DNA of 64,000 nucleotides from an uncultured archaeon (GCA_964549075.1 CAZJUB010000003.1:1-64000), one strand, 5' to 3'; numbered from the stretch's first letter, positions 26,585 to 37,631 are shown. The notes: a model not told the origin generated them from the sequence alone. Numbers and translations are program-made.

Positions 26585-29355
26585 TGCAAATCGATATAAG
26601 AATAGTAATTCCAGTGTTATCGATTCTTTCTCTTGGTTCTCTTTTTACTGACGTTCTTAAAAGAAGAATTCTGAGAATCAAGAATGATAGTCCGTTTTTA
26701 GAACTGTTAGCAGAATCTCTTGTTTTTGGAACCCTGATTCTTATAGTACCTATGATCGGGCTTGCTTGGATAGCAGAACGCTTGAGAAATGATGTAATTT
26801 TAGAAACCTATGTGTACATCTATCTTGCAATTGGGTTGTTATATCTAGTATATAAAATTTATATCTGGGTGAGAAGAAAATTACCAGATTTGATGTTAGC
26901 TGAACGAAAGAAAATCAGCAAATCGTTAGAGATTCTCTTAATTGTTCTTGTTCTTTCAATGATTTTCTTTTATATACTTCAAGTCCTTGTTTACCCTCTT
27001 AAAGGCTGGGATTTTCTTCATTTTTATCTTCCAAATTCATTTAGATTATTTTTAACAGGTCAATTAAGTAAAATTAACGAGCTCACTTTCTTACCACAAT
27101 ACAAACCACCGATGAACATTTTTCTATATGCTTATACTTTCTTTGTGACTCAAGCTGAAATGATACAGTTGGTTCCGCTATTGTTCTTAGCTGGGACTGT
27201 TTACTATTGTTATAGAATCTCACAAACAATTGGTCTCTCGAAAAAAACATCACTATTCGCAGTTATTGCCTTCTTAGCTACTCCTTTAACTTTTTTCTTA
27301 GTATATGAATACATTTACTACCAAGAAATCTTCATCATGTTTTTTGTTACAGCTTCCTTTTATTATTACAAACGTTTTCTTAAGAGCCAACAAACCAAAT
27401 CACAGATTTATTATGTTATTTTAACTGCTTTTAGTATGTCTGGATGTGTATTGAGTAAACTAAGTGGTTTTATCATCCCGATCGTGATTTTCGTGGCAAT
27501 GCCTTCTGACAAGATAGGAAAAATTATACGAAGTGTGTTAGTGGTTGGATTTGCTGTACAACTGATTAGAAAATCTCTTTTTGATATTTTTCTTGGAACA
27601 AGTATTTTCTTGATTTTGCTAACTCTGTGTTGTATTTACTTTATTTTAACAAGTGAAGAACTTCAGTTTTCCTGGAAAAGGTGGATTTACACAATAGGAA
27701 TCCTCCTCCCACCAATAATAATTGCTGTTTTCTGGGGATTGTATATGATAACAATACCAGGAATAAGCAATCTACTAAAAGAGATGTTCTTAAGTGTAAA
27801 ATATACAAAAGTTAGCTTAGTTTGGCCTGGAATTAATCTCCCTAATACTGAGACTTATCTAGAAAATGCTCATACTGCTACATTTCTCTCCTCTTCATTT
27901 TCTATTTTAATTGCATCAATGTTTGCAGGTACTTGGATTTTTATCAAACTTGTTGGCTTTGTGAAATCAAATAAAAAATATAATGATATTGTTCTTTGGG
28001 CTCTATTCTTTTTCATGTTTTGGCAAGGGATCTATGCTATGGGTTCAATCAGATATATTGTTCCTTTATTAGTCCCTTTAGCTATAATATGTGCAATAGG
28101 TTTTGAATCTATAGTATCTTTACTTAATTCTAAAGATGGAGGTAATCGTGATGGTTTTATCAGTTTCCTTTTCCTCATTGCAACTGGTTATTTATCTATT
28201 TTTCCAGTTTTACCTATTGAAACTGTTTTTGAACCATTTCACCTCAGATGGTATTATGCGCACACTCATCTGTTATCTTTGCTAGGCTATATTATCTTTT
28301 TCAATATGCTGGCTTTTCTTTTATTATGGAAAGAGGAACAACTCAAACTTGGTTTTTCGCAGATTTATGTTAAGAAGATGAATTTTAGAAAGATTCTTTC
28401 AGGATTGCTTATTTTTATAATCGGCTTTGTTCCTTTTAGTGTCCAATTTGTTCTTCTTTCATCTGTTGGTTTTGATATTAATCAATTCCAAGGTGAGTAT
28501 ACGTATGATTATAGGTTTTCGTTGCAGGAATTAATTGATGCTATTAATCGATTAGGCTATACTGATGATCAAGTGGTTTTGACTATCAATACTCCTGGTT
28601 TGGAATATTACGCATCCCAACCTGTTATTGATTTATTCATGATTGATTTACTTAGTGAATCTGGTTTATCTAATACTACGGTGCCTTTTTGGAGCTCTAA
28701 CATAACTAGAAATCTTGAATTTCTAGATGAGTATAAAGTAACAATTTTCGTCGCTTTGAATTGTTCAAATGATTGGTTCCCAGCATATCTACAAAGAATG
28801 TACTGGAATATACCTCTTCTGAGATTTATGAATAATAATAATTATTTTATATATAGATTCTCAAATGATGAATTCTTCCTATATACGATTAAAAATTTTA
28901 ACGAGTTTGTTGGACCTGTTGATATCTTAATGAAAGGTGAATCTAGCCAAGCTAGTCTTCTCAATCTAGCTCCTCTTTCGTTAAAAATTAAGGGAACTCA
29001 AGCATCAATAGGTACCTTACTTGATCTAACTTTTGCTCAAACTTCACAACCTATTTCTGTTAATATATCTGCTCAATATTATACTTCTGAAAACCAGACA
29101 ATGCAATATGAATTTAGTAATCATTTACTTTATAGACCAGAAAATGAAAGTTTTACATTTCTTCCTCTCTTCGATTTACCGGTTGATTCAGTAAATCTCT
29201 ATCGCATACATGTCAGTATTGAATACACCTCGTACCTTGGTTATCTAAAATCTTTCCAATATCATTTAAAACCTGCTACTGGACCTACTGTAAACATAAC
29301 TAGATCGGAAGGTTCTTGGTACTATGTTGGATATGAAGGTTTGATTTTTTACTAG
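26584..29355 (+). CDS. Multi-pass GT-C-fold (ArnT/PMT-like) membrane glycosyltransferase with C-terminal extracellular domain
   Basis: More than 12 TM segments; WDFLHFYLP and YKPP loop; SK..G and RYIVP motifs typical of GT-C; N-x-S/T-rich tail. Confidence 0.65.
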   Translation: MQIDIRIVIPVLSILSLGSLFTDVLKRRILRIKNDSPFLELLAESLVFGTLILIVPMIGLAWIAERLRNDVILETYVYIYLAIGLLYLVYKIYIWVRRKLPDLMLAERKKISKSLEILLIVLVLSMIFFYILQVLVYPLKGWDFLHFYLPNSFRLFLTGQLSKINELTFLPQYKPPMNIFLYAYTFFVTQAEMIQLVPLLFLAGTVYYCYRISQTIGLSKKTSLFAVIAFLATPLTFFLVYEYIYYQEIFIMFFVTASFYYYKRFLKSQQTKSQIYYVILTAFSMSGCVLSKLSGFIIPIVIFVAMPSDKIGKIIRSVLVVGFAVQLIRKSLFDIFLGTSIFLILLTLCCIYFILTSEELQFSWKRWIYTIGILLPPIIIAVFWGLYMITIPGISNLLKEMFLSVKYTKVSLVWPGINLPNTETYLENAHTATFLSSSFSILIASMFAGTWIFIKLVGFVKSNKKYNDIVLWALFFFMFWQGIYAMGSIRYIVPLLVPLAIICAIGFESIVSLLNSKDGGNRDGFISFLFLIATGYLSIFPVLPIETVFEPFHLRWYYAHTHLLSLLGYIIFFNMLAFLLLWKEEQLKLGFSQIYVKKMNFRKILSGLLIFIIGFVPFSVQFVLLSSVGFDINQFQGEYTYDYRFSLQELIDAINRLGYTDDQVVLTINTPGLEYYASQPVIDLFMIDLLSESGLSNTTVPFWSSNITRNLEFLDEYKVTIFVALNCSNDWFPAYLQRMYWNIPLLRFMNNNNYFIYRFSNDEFFLYTIKNFNEFVGPVDILMKGESSQASLLNLAPLSLKIKGTQASIGTLLDLTFAQTSQPISVNISAQYYTSENQTMQYEFSNHLLYRPENESFTFLPLFDLPVDSVNLYRIHVSIEYTSYLGYLKSFQYHLKPATGPTVNITRSEGSWYYVGYEGLIFY

Positions 29356-32300
29356 TCATTTCCTTCTAGAATAAGCTATTTTCTTGACTTTACTTGTTTT
29401 TCTTGTAATTATAAAAGTTGTAACGACTGCAACGAACATAGTAAACACCAAATTAAGTGCAAATATAAACCAGCTTCCACGAGGAATAAAGGTATGACCA
29501 AAAAAGACAGTTTGATTCAAACTTGACAAAATAAAAAGTACAAGATTTCCAAAACCATACCCAATAATTGATGCAATAAAAGCTATAAAACCAACTCTAG
29601 CAAAAATGGCAGATATTACATGTAAATTGGTACCTCCAACCATTTTAATGATAGAAGTTTCTTTTCTGCTTTCTGAATAAAGATTTTGGATAATAGAATT
29701 CATATTAACGACTACAACTATCAGAATAAGAAGAACCTCTGCATAAGCTAGCGTATAGGTAAATAATAAAGAACCTTGAAGATAATGATCTACATATTCA
29801 TAAGAAAGGGAAATTAAGAATGCAAAGCCAGAAATTGACTTAAAAGGTATTTTCGACCATTGATCCTCAGTTTCACTTGGAATGATAATAGTTATTTTTT
29901 CCATACTTGGTTCGAAAGCTCTTCTAAGATTGATTATAGTGCCATTTTTTAGGTAAATTGTTAAGTCAACTATTCCATATGAGAGATATAAAGTAACATC
30001 AGAGGATAATCCTGTATTTGTTATGATACTCCCTTCGTAAACTGTTGTAATTTCTACAGGCAAGTTGTAAATTTTCGTTCCATTATCGTACTGAAATTGG
30101 AAAATAATTTGTTGTTTTTTAGAAGGAACTTTAAATTCGATAAAATTCTGAGAAAGATAAATATCATGATTAAACACAGCAATACCCTCACCTGTACTAA
30201 TAAAATAAAAATTGTAGGTACCCGCATCTAAATTGGTTGTATATACTCTTCCATTTTGGTCAGTATAACTTGATAAAACGCGATTCCCATATTCATCTCT
30301 AATTACGCAATATAAGCCATTTACAGCAGAATTAGCAAAAGTATCTCTCACTTCAATAATGGTGTATGCACCATTTAACCATATTATTTGATTTTCACCA
30401 TCATTAGTGTCAAGTCTAAAATTGTAAACTTTCGAATCATATTCAAACGAAACATTGTATAAACCTTCAAAGATGTTAAAGGTAACAGTTCCATTGCTGC
30501 TTGAATGTAATAATAAAATAGTCGAGTTATAATAATTAGATACTGACATACTTAAATTATTAATGGAATACAAGACATCATCGATTTTGTATTGAAAGAT
30601 TAATTCTTGAGAAGAATATGATAAGTTGACTTTAAAAGTATAAAATATTGTTCTCTCATTTCCATATGTATCAGTAAGATAAAATACCATTGAGTGTTCT
30701 CCTCCAGAACTGAAAATGATGTTTTGTGGAGAAGTGTATTCGTATATAACTGAATCTGATGTAAACATGAAAAGAATTTCAGCAGCATCGCTTTCAACAA
30801 CGAGTTGGGTAGAGAGTCCTGAATTTCCTTTTGCTGGAGATACAATCTCTAAACTCGGTTCTGCTGTATCAACAATAAAATCATAACTAAAAGATTCGTT
30901 TGAGATTAAAGGATATTGATACTCCAAAGTGTAATATCCATCTGTAATGAATAAAGAATCAATAGATGACAAATTGAAAACCATATCATAGTAAATAAAA
31001 TTCAATGAAATCTCTGTTGGAATTGAATCATTTATATCACTTGCATATATCTCATTGTAGTCAAATCCCTCACTAATTTCAAACGCCCATGTTCTTGATC
31101 TGCTTTCAAACAGATCTATCCAGAGAGTCACAGTCAGAGTATAAGTACCTGGGAAAAGATATTCTCTTTGAGCCCCTAAAACATGACCATATCTGAGCGT
31201 AGATTCTCCTTCTATCCTATACTCTATAAGGAGGAAGCTTTCTTGAATATAAGGACTTATATCAATAAAACTTTGATTCAAAATTCCAGAATATTCATAT
31301 TCTAAGTAAAAATCATTAGGTCCCAATGTTCCACTGAAATCAGTGACATTGAATTGGTAGAAAAGTATAATTGAGTTACCAACAATATCTTTCGCTTTGA
31401 TAGTAAGGTTGTGGAAACCATTTCCTTCTGGAATCTGAATATCCCTACCATAGACGGTAGAAAACGGAAAATCATCCCATGCAAATTGCATTAGAGATAA
31501 TTCTTCATTATTTGTATAAGTAATATATTCTGTGGAATTTATTTCAGTTCCATTTATCTCAGAAAGCATAATTATCGGAGTAACATTGTCGACTTCAATT
31601 GCGTATGATCTGTTATACCATTGTGTTTCTATGTATGTATAAAGTTTTAAAGTATTTATCCCATCTACTAAATCAGTTGTATTTAGTTTTCCACTATGTG
31701 GTATCAAACTTAATGCTTCTGAATTCCAACTATAAAATGCACTATAATAAGGATTAAACCAGGTCTGAATGTACTCTCCGCTCCTTATTCTCAAATCGTC
31801 TCTTAATCCAATTGTTCCAATATGTCTTGGATTGTCTGAAATAATAAAAACATAAATTATCTCTTTTATTTGGCTATCATCACTTGCTTGAAGTGTTAGT
31901 TTATGTATGCCTAATTTGTAAGGAGAGATGATAAAATTTGACTCTAATGTGATATAGTCCTCACTGTCCCACTTAAATCTTAGATTTTTATTAAATTTGT
32001 AAGTTGTATTCAAAAAAAGAAAATCATTTGGTTCAATATGCGAACCATTCATAACATTATAAAATGATAAATCGTCTGGAATTTCATCAGTTATTGTAAA
32101 ATACACTGTTGTTGATGCATAATTCAAACTCTTATTATATCCACTTGAAATGTAATCGTTGTTAAAAGCTTCAACAGTAATTGAGTGAAGACCGTTGCTG
32201 AAAGGGATATCAATACCATTGGGATATATCTCTTCTCCAGCTGCAATAAAATACTCTTTCTTTAGACCAATATTACCATCCAAGTAGAAATAGATAGAAT

Positions 32301-33615
32301 ACCCTGTTGTAGCTGTTACTGTAAGATTTAACTGTTGTCCAACCACCAAGCTATTATTTATTGGTCTATTAACAAAAATATAAGGATGTCTTGATATCAA
32401 AATAACTTCATAATTATTTACTTCAGATGTCATGAATGCTATAGTCTTTGTGTATCTAATGTAAGAAATTTCTGCAAAATAACTTCCGTCACTCACAGTT
32501 AAATTGGCTTTACCATTAATATCTGTAATTGTTTGAAAATTCCTACTTTCAATATATCTTTCTGTGATATTTTGACTATATACTTTTATTAAAGCATCTT
32601 TTATAGGTTCATCTTCATCAGTTATAACACTAAATGAGATCAATCTCTCTTTGTAAGGGATTTCCAAATTAAGAAGTGTGTCTCTCTTTAATAACAATGA
32701 TTGAGTTGGCGACATTATTCCTTCAATTGTTCCTTGGATTTTATATTCTCCAAACGGGAGAGTATAAGAGATTTGATTGTCATTTAAGATGATGGTTTCG
32801 TTAACCAATTGACCTCTTCTAGAACGTATTGTAATGGTCGCATTTACTTCTAAAAGTAAATCTGGAGTGAGTATGTTGATTGTTAACTCATATTCACTTA
32901 GGACTAAATCTCGTAATAATTCTTTATTTGGTATTAAATCTAGATTTATCTTCACTCTAATGTGTGTAACATAATCATAATCTTCGAATGCGAAAAACTG
33001 ACCTATCCATAATGATGATATAATCTCATCATCCAGTAAAGTTCCTGTTTTAAAAATTGATTTGATTTTTAACTCAACAGCAGCTTCAGACCTTGTTGAA
33101 AATAAAGTAATAAAATCTCCAACATCTAAGTTATTACGTTTGGCAAAATTAATACCTATACTTACTTCAAATGAATCTGTCAAGCTGGGAAGTTGTCCTT
33201 GTAGATATTTTACTTCAGTTAGTTGCCAGAATTTGCCTACATCTACCCCTCGAAAATATACAGCTTTTTTATTATACACAGCAGCTGTCATTACTTCTGG
33301 ACTAACAATTTCCACTCCTTCTATCGTACTGATAGTATCTGCTATATCTAGAGGAAGAATACTTGTATAAGGTGTCGAAGCTTCAGGACTAGATATTACC
33401 AGAATATCATCACTTTCTCCTAGATAAGAGGAGGTTGATTCAATAACACTTGATAACAAAATACCTGCTCCAGTAATGATCGTTGAGCTGATTAGAAAAC
33501 CTATGAATGCAATCAATAATCTCTTTTTTGGGAGAACATTATAGAGAAATAATTTCCGATATTTATGTTCAATCCAAGCACTCAATCTCTTAAAACGAGA
33601 GCGTACGTAAAACAT
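29356..33615 (-). CDS. Giant FtsX/MacB-family ABC permease with a large extracellular Ig-like insertion
   Basis: N-terminal TM plus MacB-type periplasmic domain; C-terminal ESRKETSIIKMVGG plus TMs; about 1000 aa of beta-rich repeats between them. Confidence 0.8.
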   Translation of the reverse strand: MFYVRSRFKRLSAWIEHKYRKLFLYNVLPKKRLLIAFIGFLISSTIITGAGILLSSVIESTSSYLGESDDILVISSPEASTPYTSILPLDIADTISTIEGVEIVSPEVMTAAVYNKKAVYFRGVDVGKFWQLTEVKYLQGQLPSLTDSFEVSIGINFAKRNNLDVGDFITLFSTRSEAAVELKIKSIFKTGTLLDDEIISSLWIGQFFAFEDYDYVTHIRVKINLDLIPNKELLRDLVLSEYELTINILTPDLLLEVNATITIRSRRGQLVNETIILNDNQISYTLPFGEYKIQGTIEGIMSPTQSLLLKRDTLLNLEIPYKERLISFSVITDEDEPIKDALIKVYSQNITERYIESRNFQTITDINGKANLTVSDGSYFAEISYIRYTKTIAFMTSEVNNYEVILISRHPYIFVNRPINNSLVVGQQLNLTVTATTGYSIYFYLDGNIGLKKEYFIAAGEEIYPNGIDIPFSNGLHSITVEAFNNDYISSGYNKSLNYASTTVYFTITDEIPDDLSFYNVMNGSHIEPNDFLFLNTTYKFNKNLRFKWDSEDYITLESNFIISPYKLGIHKLTLQASDDSQIKEIIYVFIISDNPRHIGTIGLRDDLRIRSGEYIQTWFNPYYSAFYSWNSEALSLIPHSGKLNTTDLVDGINTLKLYTYIETQWYNRSYAIEVDNVTPIIMLSEINGTEINSTEYITYTNNEELSLMQFAWDDFPFSTVYGRDIQIPEGNGFHNLTIKAKDIVGNSIILFYQFNVTDFSGTLGPNDFYLEYEYSGILNQSFIDISPYIQESFLLIEYRIEGESTLRYGHVLGAQREYLFPGTYTLTVTLWIDLFESRSRTWAFEISEGFDYNEIYASDINDSIPTEISLNFIYYDMVFNLSSIDSLFITDGYYTLEYQYPLISNESFSYDFIVDTAEPSLEIVSPAKGNSGLSTQLVVESDAAEILFMFTSDSVIYEYTSPQNIIFSSGGEHSMVFYLTDTYGNERTIFYTFKVNLSYSSQELIFQYKIDDVLYSINNLSMSVSNYYNSTILLLHSSSNGTVTFNIFEGLYNVSFEYDSKVYNFRLDTNDGENQIIWLNGAYTIIEVRDTFANSAVNGLYCVIRDEYGNRVLSSYTDQNGRVYTTNLDAGTYNFYFISTGEGIAVFNHDIYLSQNFIEFKVPSKKQQIIFQFQYDNGTKIYNLPVEITTVYEGSIITNTGLSSDVTLYLSYGIVDLTIYLKNGTIINLRRAFEPSMEKITIIIPSETEDQWSKIPFKSISGFAFLISLSYEYVDHYLQGSLLFTYTLAYAEVLLILIVVVVNMNSIIQNLYSESRKETSIIKMVGGTNLHVISAIFARVGFIAFIASIIGYGFGNLVLFILSSLNQTVFFGHTFIPRGSWFIFALNLVFTMFVAVVTTFIITRKTSKVKKIAYSRRK

Positions 33616-33616
33616 A

Positions 33617-34789
33617 TCATAGGTCCTCCTTTATTACTCTAATCTGTGATGCTTTGATTGAGGGGTAAATACCCGATACTAAGGATAGAGTCAAGGAGAA
33701 TAGGAAGATTATCCCTATTAAACCAAGATTAATACTAAGAGGAATAAAAGGTAGATTCAGCGTAGCGGTTACAATTCCAACAATTCCACTCACACTGAGA
33801 TATCCCACAATCAAAGATAATAATCCAGCTATAAATCCGATGAAAAGAGATTGTAGCATAAATAAAAATATAATTTGCTTTTTTGTTGCTCCTATTGATC
33901 TTAAGGTGAAAATTTCTTCTTCACTCTCTCTCACTAAAGTGTAGATACTATAGGTTATAGATACTAACATCAATGTAAAAAACATAATTTCTAAAAGAGT
34001 TAAAGTTTTGACTACATCTTCCGTAGCATATTGGATGAAGTTTTGAGTTTGTTTTTCATTCATGACATTGAGATTTCCATATTGATTCTCTATATCTGAT
34101 ATGATTGTATCCATCTGTCTTTTATCACTAATTCTGAGTTCTATAAACGAGAAATATGGGACCTCTATAGGAAGAGGTAAGGTGGTTATTGAGCCTAGAA
34201 GTTCCAAATCATATTCATGTCCTGATTCAATAATATTTACAATTGAAAAGTTCTCAGCAGCAGAATAAAAATATGAATTATTTACGTAAAGATCCTCTAT
34301 CTGTATCTCTATGATAGAACCTACACCAGCTGAAATAAGATATGCAGTCTGTTGACCGATAATTAATTCATCAGCATTCATATCTCCTAATGGAGAAGAA
34401 TAATGATGCTGTTGAAACTCTTCAAAAAGCGAGATGTTCAGTAGTCTTAAATGCGTATTGATCTGCAATCCCGTTTCTCCTTTAATCGTAATTGGTATAT
34501 ACAGCTGAGGAAGGATAACTTCAACAATAGGGGTTTGTATAGAATATTCCTGCAGAAAGTCTAAAACTTCTAAATTTATTTTACTTTGAGAAAGACTTTT
34601 GCCGTCTTCTGATATCAGTAGAAGGTCAGATGGCTCAATTATCTCGGCCATTCCACTGATATTTGATGAATAGCCTTTAACAAGCAAAGTTGTTGCTATA
34701 TAAATTACTAATCCTAAAGTTAGTGTCATAATAGCTTGATATGTTCTTTTTCTGTTGTGGAAGAAGAAACGTACACTAAATTTTAGCAT
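33617..34789 (-). CDS. FtsX/MacB-family ABC permease
   Basis: ESEEEIFTLRSIGATKKQI and SGIYPSIKAS; four-TM layout. Confidence 0.88.
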   Translation of the reverse strand: MLKFSVRFFFHNRKRTYQAIMTLTLGLVIYIATTLLVKGYSSNISGMAEIIEPSDLLLISEDGKSLSQSKINLEVLDFLQEYSIQTPIVEVILPQLYIPITIKGETGLQINTHLRLLNISLFEEFQQHHYSSPLGDMNADELIIGQQTAYLISAGVGSIIEIQIEDLYVNNSYFYSAAENFSIVNIIESGHEYDLELLGSITTLPLPIEVPYFSFIELRISDKRQMDTIISDIENQYGNLNVMNEKQTQNFIQYATEDVVKTLTLLEIMFFTLMLVSITYSIYTLVRESEEEIFTLRSIGATKKQIIFLFMLQSLFIGFIAGLLSLIVGYLSVSGIVGIVTATLNLPFIPLSINLGLIGIIFLFSLTLSLVSGIYPSIKASQIRVIKEDL

Positions 34790-34865
34790 CAGTTATTTCC
34801 CTTCTTGAAAATATTCAAAGCTTTTGATAAAACTTTCTGAAAGAAATGAGAATAATTGGTGAGTG

Positions 34866-36188
34866 TTAAGTCCCACCATAAAAAATCGAAAAAACAATTC
34901 CTTGAAGTGTTAATGTCAGATAAATAGCAACACCTACTGCTAGTAGAGAGGGAATTCTAGTTCTAGATGGTGAGACTCTAGTTACACCTAATCCAAGATA
35001 TAACAGAAAACCATAGAAAAAGATATTCAGAGGAATAGAGGAGAAAAGCTGGAACGTAAGTAATTGTCTTTCTGAATTGTATAGAGCTATATCTCTTGGA
35101 TGAAAACCTATACCTTCTAAGTATTTCACACCAATGAAGATGTAACACATAATATAAATGTAAATTGCAATAGATGCAATGAACATGGCATTCTTGTATA
35201 TTTTACCCCACTTCTTCTCTCCAAGAATTAAAGAATAGATTAGAGGGAAAATGAAAACCCATGAAAACCATGCAAATACACCTAACCACATTTGATCTCC
35301 AACATCACTCTCGCTGAAATTAGTGAAATCAAAATCCTTCGTATAACCTTCGATTAATGAACCTGGAAACAATGGTCTCGCTTTTAACTCGACAAAGAAT
35401 GCTCCGGCGAACATCATAAAACTAACATAAACTATGAAAGAAGTGAGTATATTAATCAAGAAATAGTTAGGTAGTAATTCTGCATAGCTTGCTCTTGTAG
35501 GTCTTGTTATGTAATCTCGACTGAATCGGAAAGTATCTTTAACATTTGTAAATCTGAATAAGAGAAATACAGCTATTGCTGGGATCGCTATAACTGCAAC
35601 AAGGAAGAGTATATTGAGAATCAAAGTTACAGGTGTAGATAAAGTTCCTATTAATCTATCCCAGATAAATGTTCTGATGTCAAAATCAATAAAACCTTTA
35701 ATCGGAGGAGAACCGAAAATGAGTAAAGAATACCAGCTTATAACAAGTGCTACGAAAAATGTTCCAAGATAATCCCATATACGGAATTTCTTTTTCTGAG
35801 TGTCCAAATACCATAATTTCTGATATATGATCTCATTAGCATCAGTTACAAAGTCAGTCAGTACTAATCCATCGATTCTTACATCTCCATATTTTTCATA
35901 GAATCTTTTTGCTATCATATTAAGCAAATCTTCAGTGTCTTTGATGTCCATTCTTTTATCTACTGTAAGGACAAATAAGAGATCCCCTTTTTCTTCTTGA
36001 AAAACTATTCTTGATGTGACTAATTCAAATTCTGATATTCTTTCTCTTTGAGTTTCAGATGCCATTGAATAGATAGCACTCATCAATCCTCCTGTAAGAG
36101 CAACATCAACAGCTTCTTCGGTTTTTTCAAATTCTTGACTGTAGAATATTTGACCATAAGTTGTTAGAATTAGAAGGTTCTTTATCAA
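34866..36188 (-). CDS. Longin-domain protein fused to about 7 TM helices
   Basis: MIKNLLILTTYGQIFY...LTGGLMSAIYSMASE...LLFVL...IAKRFYEKY longin pattern, followed by seven hydrophobic stretches. Confidence 0.7.
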   Translation of the reverse strand: MIKNLLILTTYGQIFYSQEFEKTEEAVDVALTGGLMSAIYSMASETQRERISEFELVTSRIVFQEEKGDLLFVLTVDKRMDIKDTEDLLNMIAKRFYEKYGDVRIDGLVLTDFVTDANEIIYQKLWYLDTQKKKFRIWDYLGTFFVALVISWYSLLIFGSPPIKGFIDFDIRTFIWDRLIGTLSTPVTLILNILFLVAVIAIPAIAVFLLFRFTNVKDTFRFSRDYITRPTRASYAELLPNYFLINILTSFIVYVSFMMFAGAFFVELKARPLFPGSLIEGYTKDFDFTNFSESDVGDQMWLGVFAWFSWVFIFPLIYSLILGEKKWGKIYKNAMFIASIAIYIYIMCYIFIGVKYLEGIGFHPRDIALYNSERQLLTFQLFSSIPLNIFFYGFLLYLGLGVTRVSPSRTRIPSLLAVGVAIYLTLTLQGIVFSIFYGGT

Positions 36189-36286
36189 GGGAATATTCCT
36201 CGTATCTTATACACTTAATATAAGAACTATCATTGAAAAATATTGTGTATGTTTCTGTAGAATGAGAGAGGAAAAAGGTGTAGAAC

Positions 36287-37540
36287 TTATGTACCCTCAA
36301 AATAAGCATCTTGGTAAGCAATTTGGTCTTCAGTCAATTCATCTATTTCATATCCCATAAGTCTTAACTTCAGTGTAGCGATTTTTTCATCTTGTTCAAC
36401 AGTGATATCATAGACCTTATTTTCTAGTTCATTTCCTTCCTTTGCTAAGTAAATCAAACTAAGTAATTGATTAGCAAAAGACATATCCATTACTTCTGAA
36501 GGATGACCTTCAGCTGCTGACAAATTCACAAGTCTTCCTTTTGCAAGGAGATAAATCCTTCTACCATCCTCCATGAGATATTCTTCATTGTTCTTTCGCA
36601 ACTCTCTTTTAGATTTGCTTACTTCCTCTAAATCAACAATATTAATTTCAGCGTCATAATGACCAGTATTGCATACAATAGCTCCGTCTTTCATGATTTT
36701 AAAATGACGCTTTACAAGGATATCTTTCATGCCAGTTGCAGTAATAAATAGGTCTCCTAATTTTGCAGCTGAATCCATTTTCATAACTCGAAAACCGTCC
36801 ATAGCAGCTTTAAGCGCTTGAACTGGATTAACTTCTGTGATTATAACATCAGCTCCAAGTCCTGAAGCATTTTTAGCTAATCCTTTTCCACAATGACCAT
36901 ACCCAGCTATCACCACAGTTTTACCTGCTATGATTATATTTGTTGAACGAAGAATACCATCTAAAGTAGATTGGCCTGTTCCATAAACGTTATCAAAATC
37001 ACTCTTTGTTTCCGCATCATTTACTGCAATAATAGGATATAGTAATTTTCCTGCTTTATCCATCGCTCTAAGTCTGTGAACACCAGTAGTAGTCTCTTCT
37101 GTACCACCAATGATTCCTTCAGCAAGTTCTTGATGTTTTGAATGAACGGTAAATATGAGATCAGCTCCATCATCTAGTGTTAATGTAGGTCTAAATTCCA
37201 GTACTTTGTCAATAGCCCAATAGAATTCTTCAGTATTCATACCATACCAAGCAAAAACAGGTATATTATTCTTAACTAAAGCTGCTGCAATATCGTCTTT
37301 AGTAGAAAGGGGATTACAACCAGACCACGATACTTCTGCTCCTGCTGCAACAAGAGTTTCCACCAAAACAGCAGTCTCTTTAGTTACATGTAAACATCCA
37401 GCAATTTTCTGACCTTTCAATGGCTTTTCTTTTGAAAATCTCTTTCTTAGTTCCATCATTACAGGCATTCGGGATTCTGCCCAATCTATATTTTTTCGAC
37501 CTTGTTCAGCTAAATCGATATCTTTAATCTTATAATCCAT
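36287..37540 (-). CDS. ahcY: S-adenosylhomocysteine hydrolase
   Basis: CLHVTKET, CNPLST, EETTTG, FDNVYGT and GHPSEVMDMSF. Confidence 0.97.
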   Translation of the reverse strand: MDYKIKDIDLAEQGRKNIDWAESRMPVMMELRKRFSKEKPLKGQKIAGCLHVTKETAVLVETLVAAGAEVSWSGCNPLSTKDDIAAALVKNNIPVFAWYGMNTEEFYWAIDKVLEFRPTLTLDDGADLIFTVHSKHQELAEGIIGGTEETTTGVHRLRAMDKAGKLLYPIIAVNDAETKSDFDNVYGTGQSTLDGILRSTNIIIAGKTVVIAGYGHCGKGLAKNASGLGADVIITEVNPVQALKAAMDGFRVMKMDSAAKLGDLFITATGMKDILVKRHFKIMKDGAIVCNTGHYDAEINIVDLEEVSKSKRELRKNNEEYLMEDGRRIYLLAKGRLVNLSAAEGHPSEVMDMSFANQLLSLIYLAKEGNELENKVYDITVEQDEKIATLKLRLMGYEIDELTEDQIAYQDAYFEGT

Positions 37541-37631
37541 GTTTTACAAATCATATTGAATTTTAAAAATATGTCGAGAATAGTTTTTTCAAAACACAAC
37601 ATTAATCAATTATTTCGTTTGGTATTAAAAT

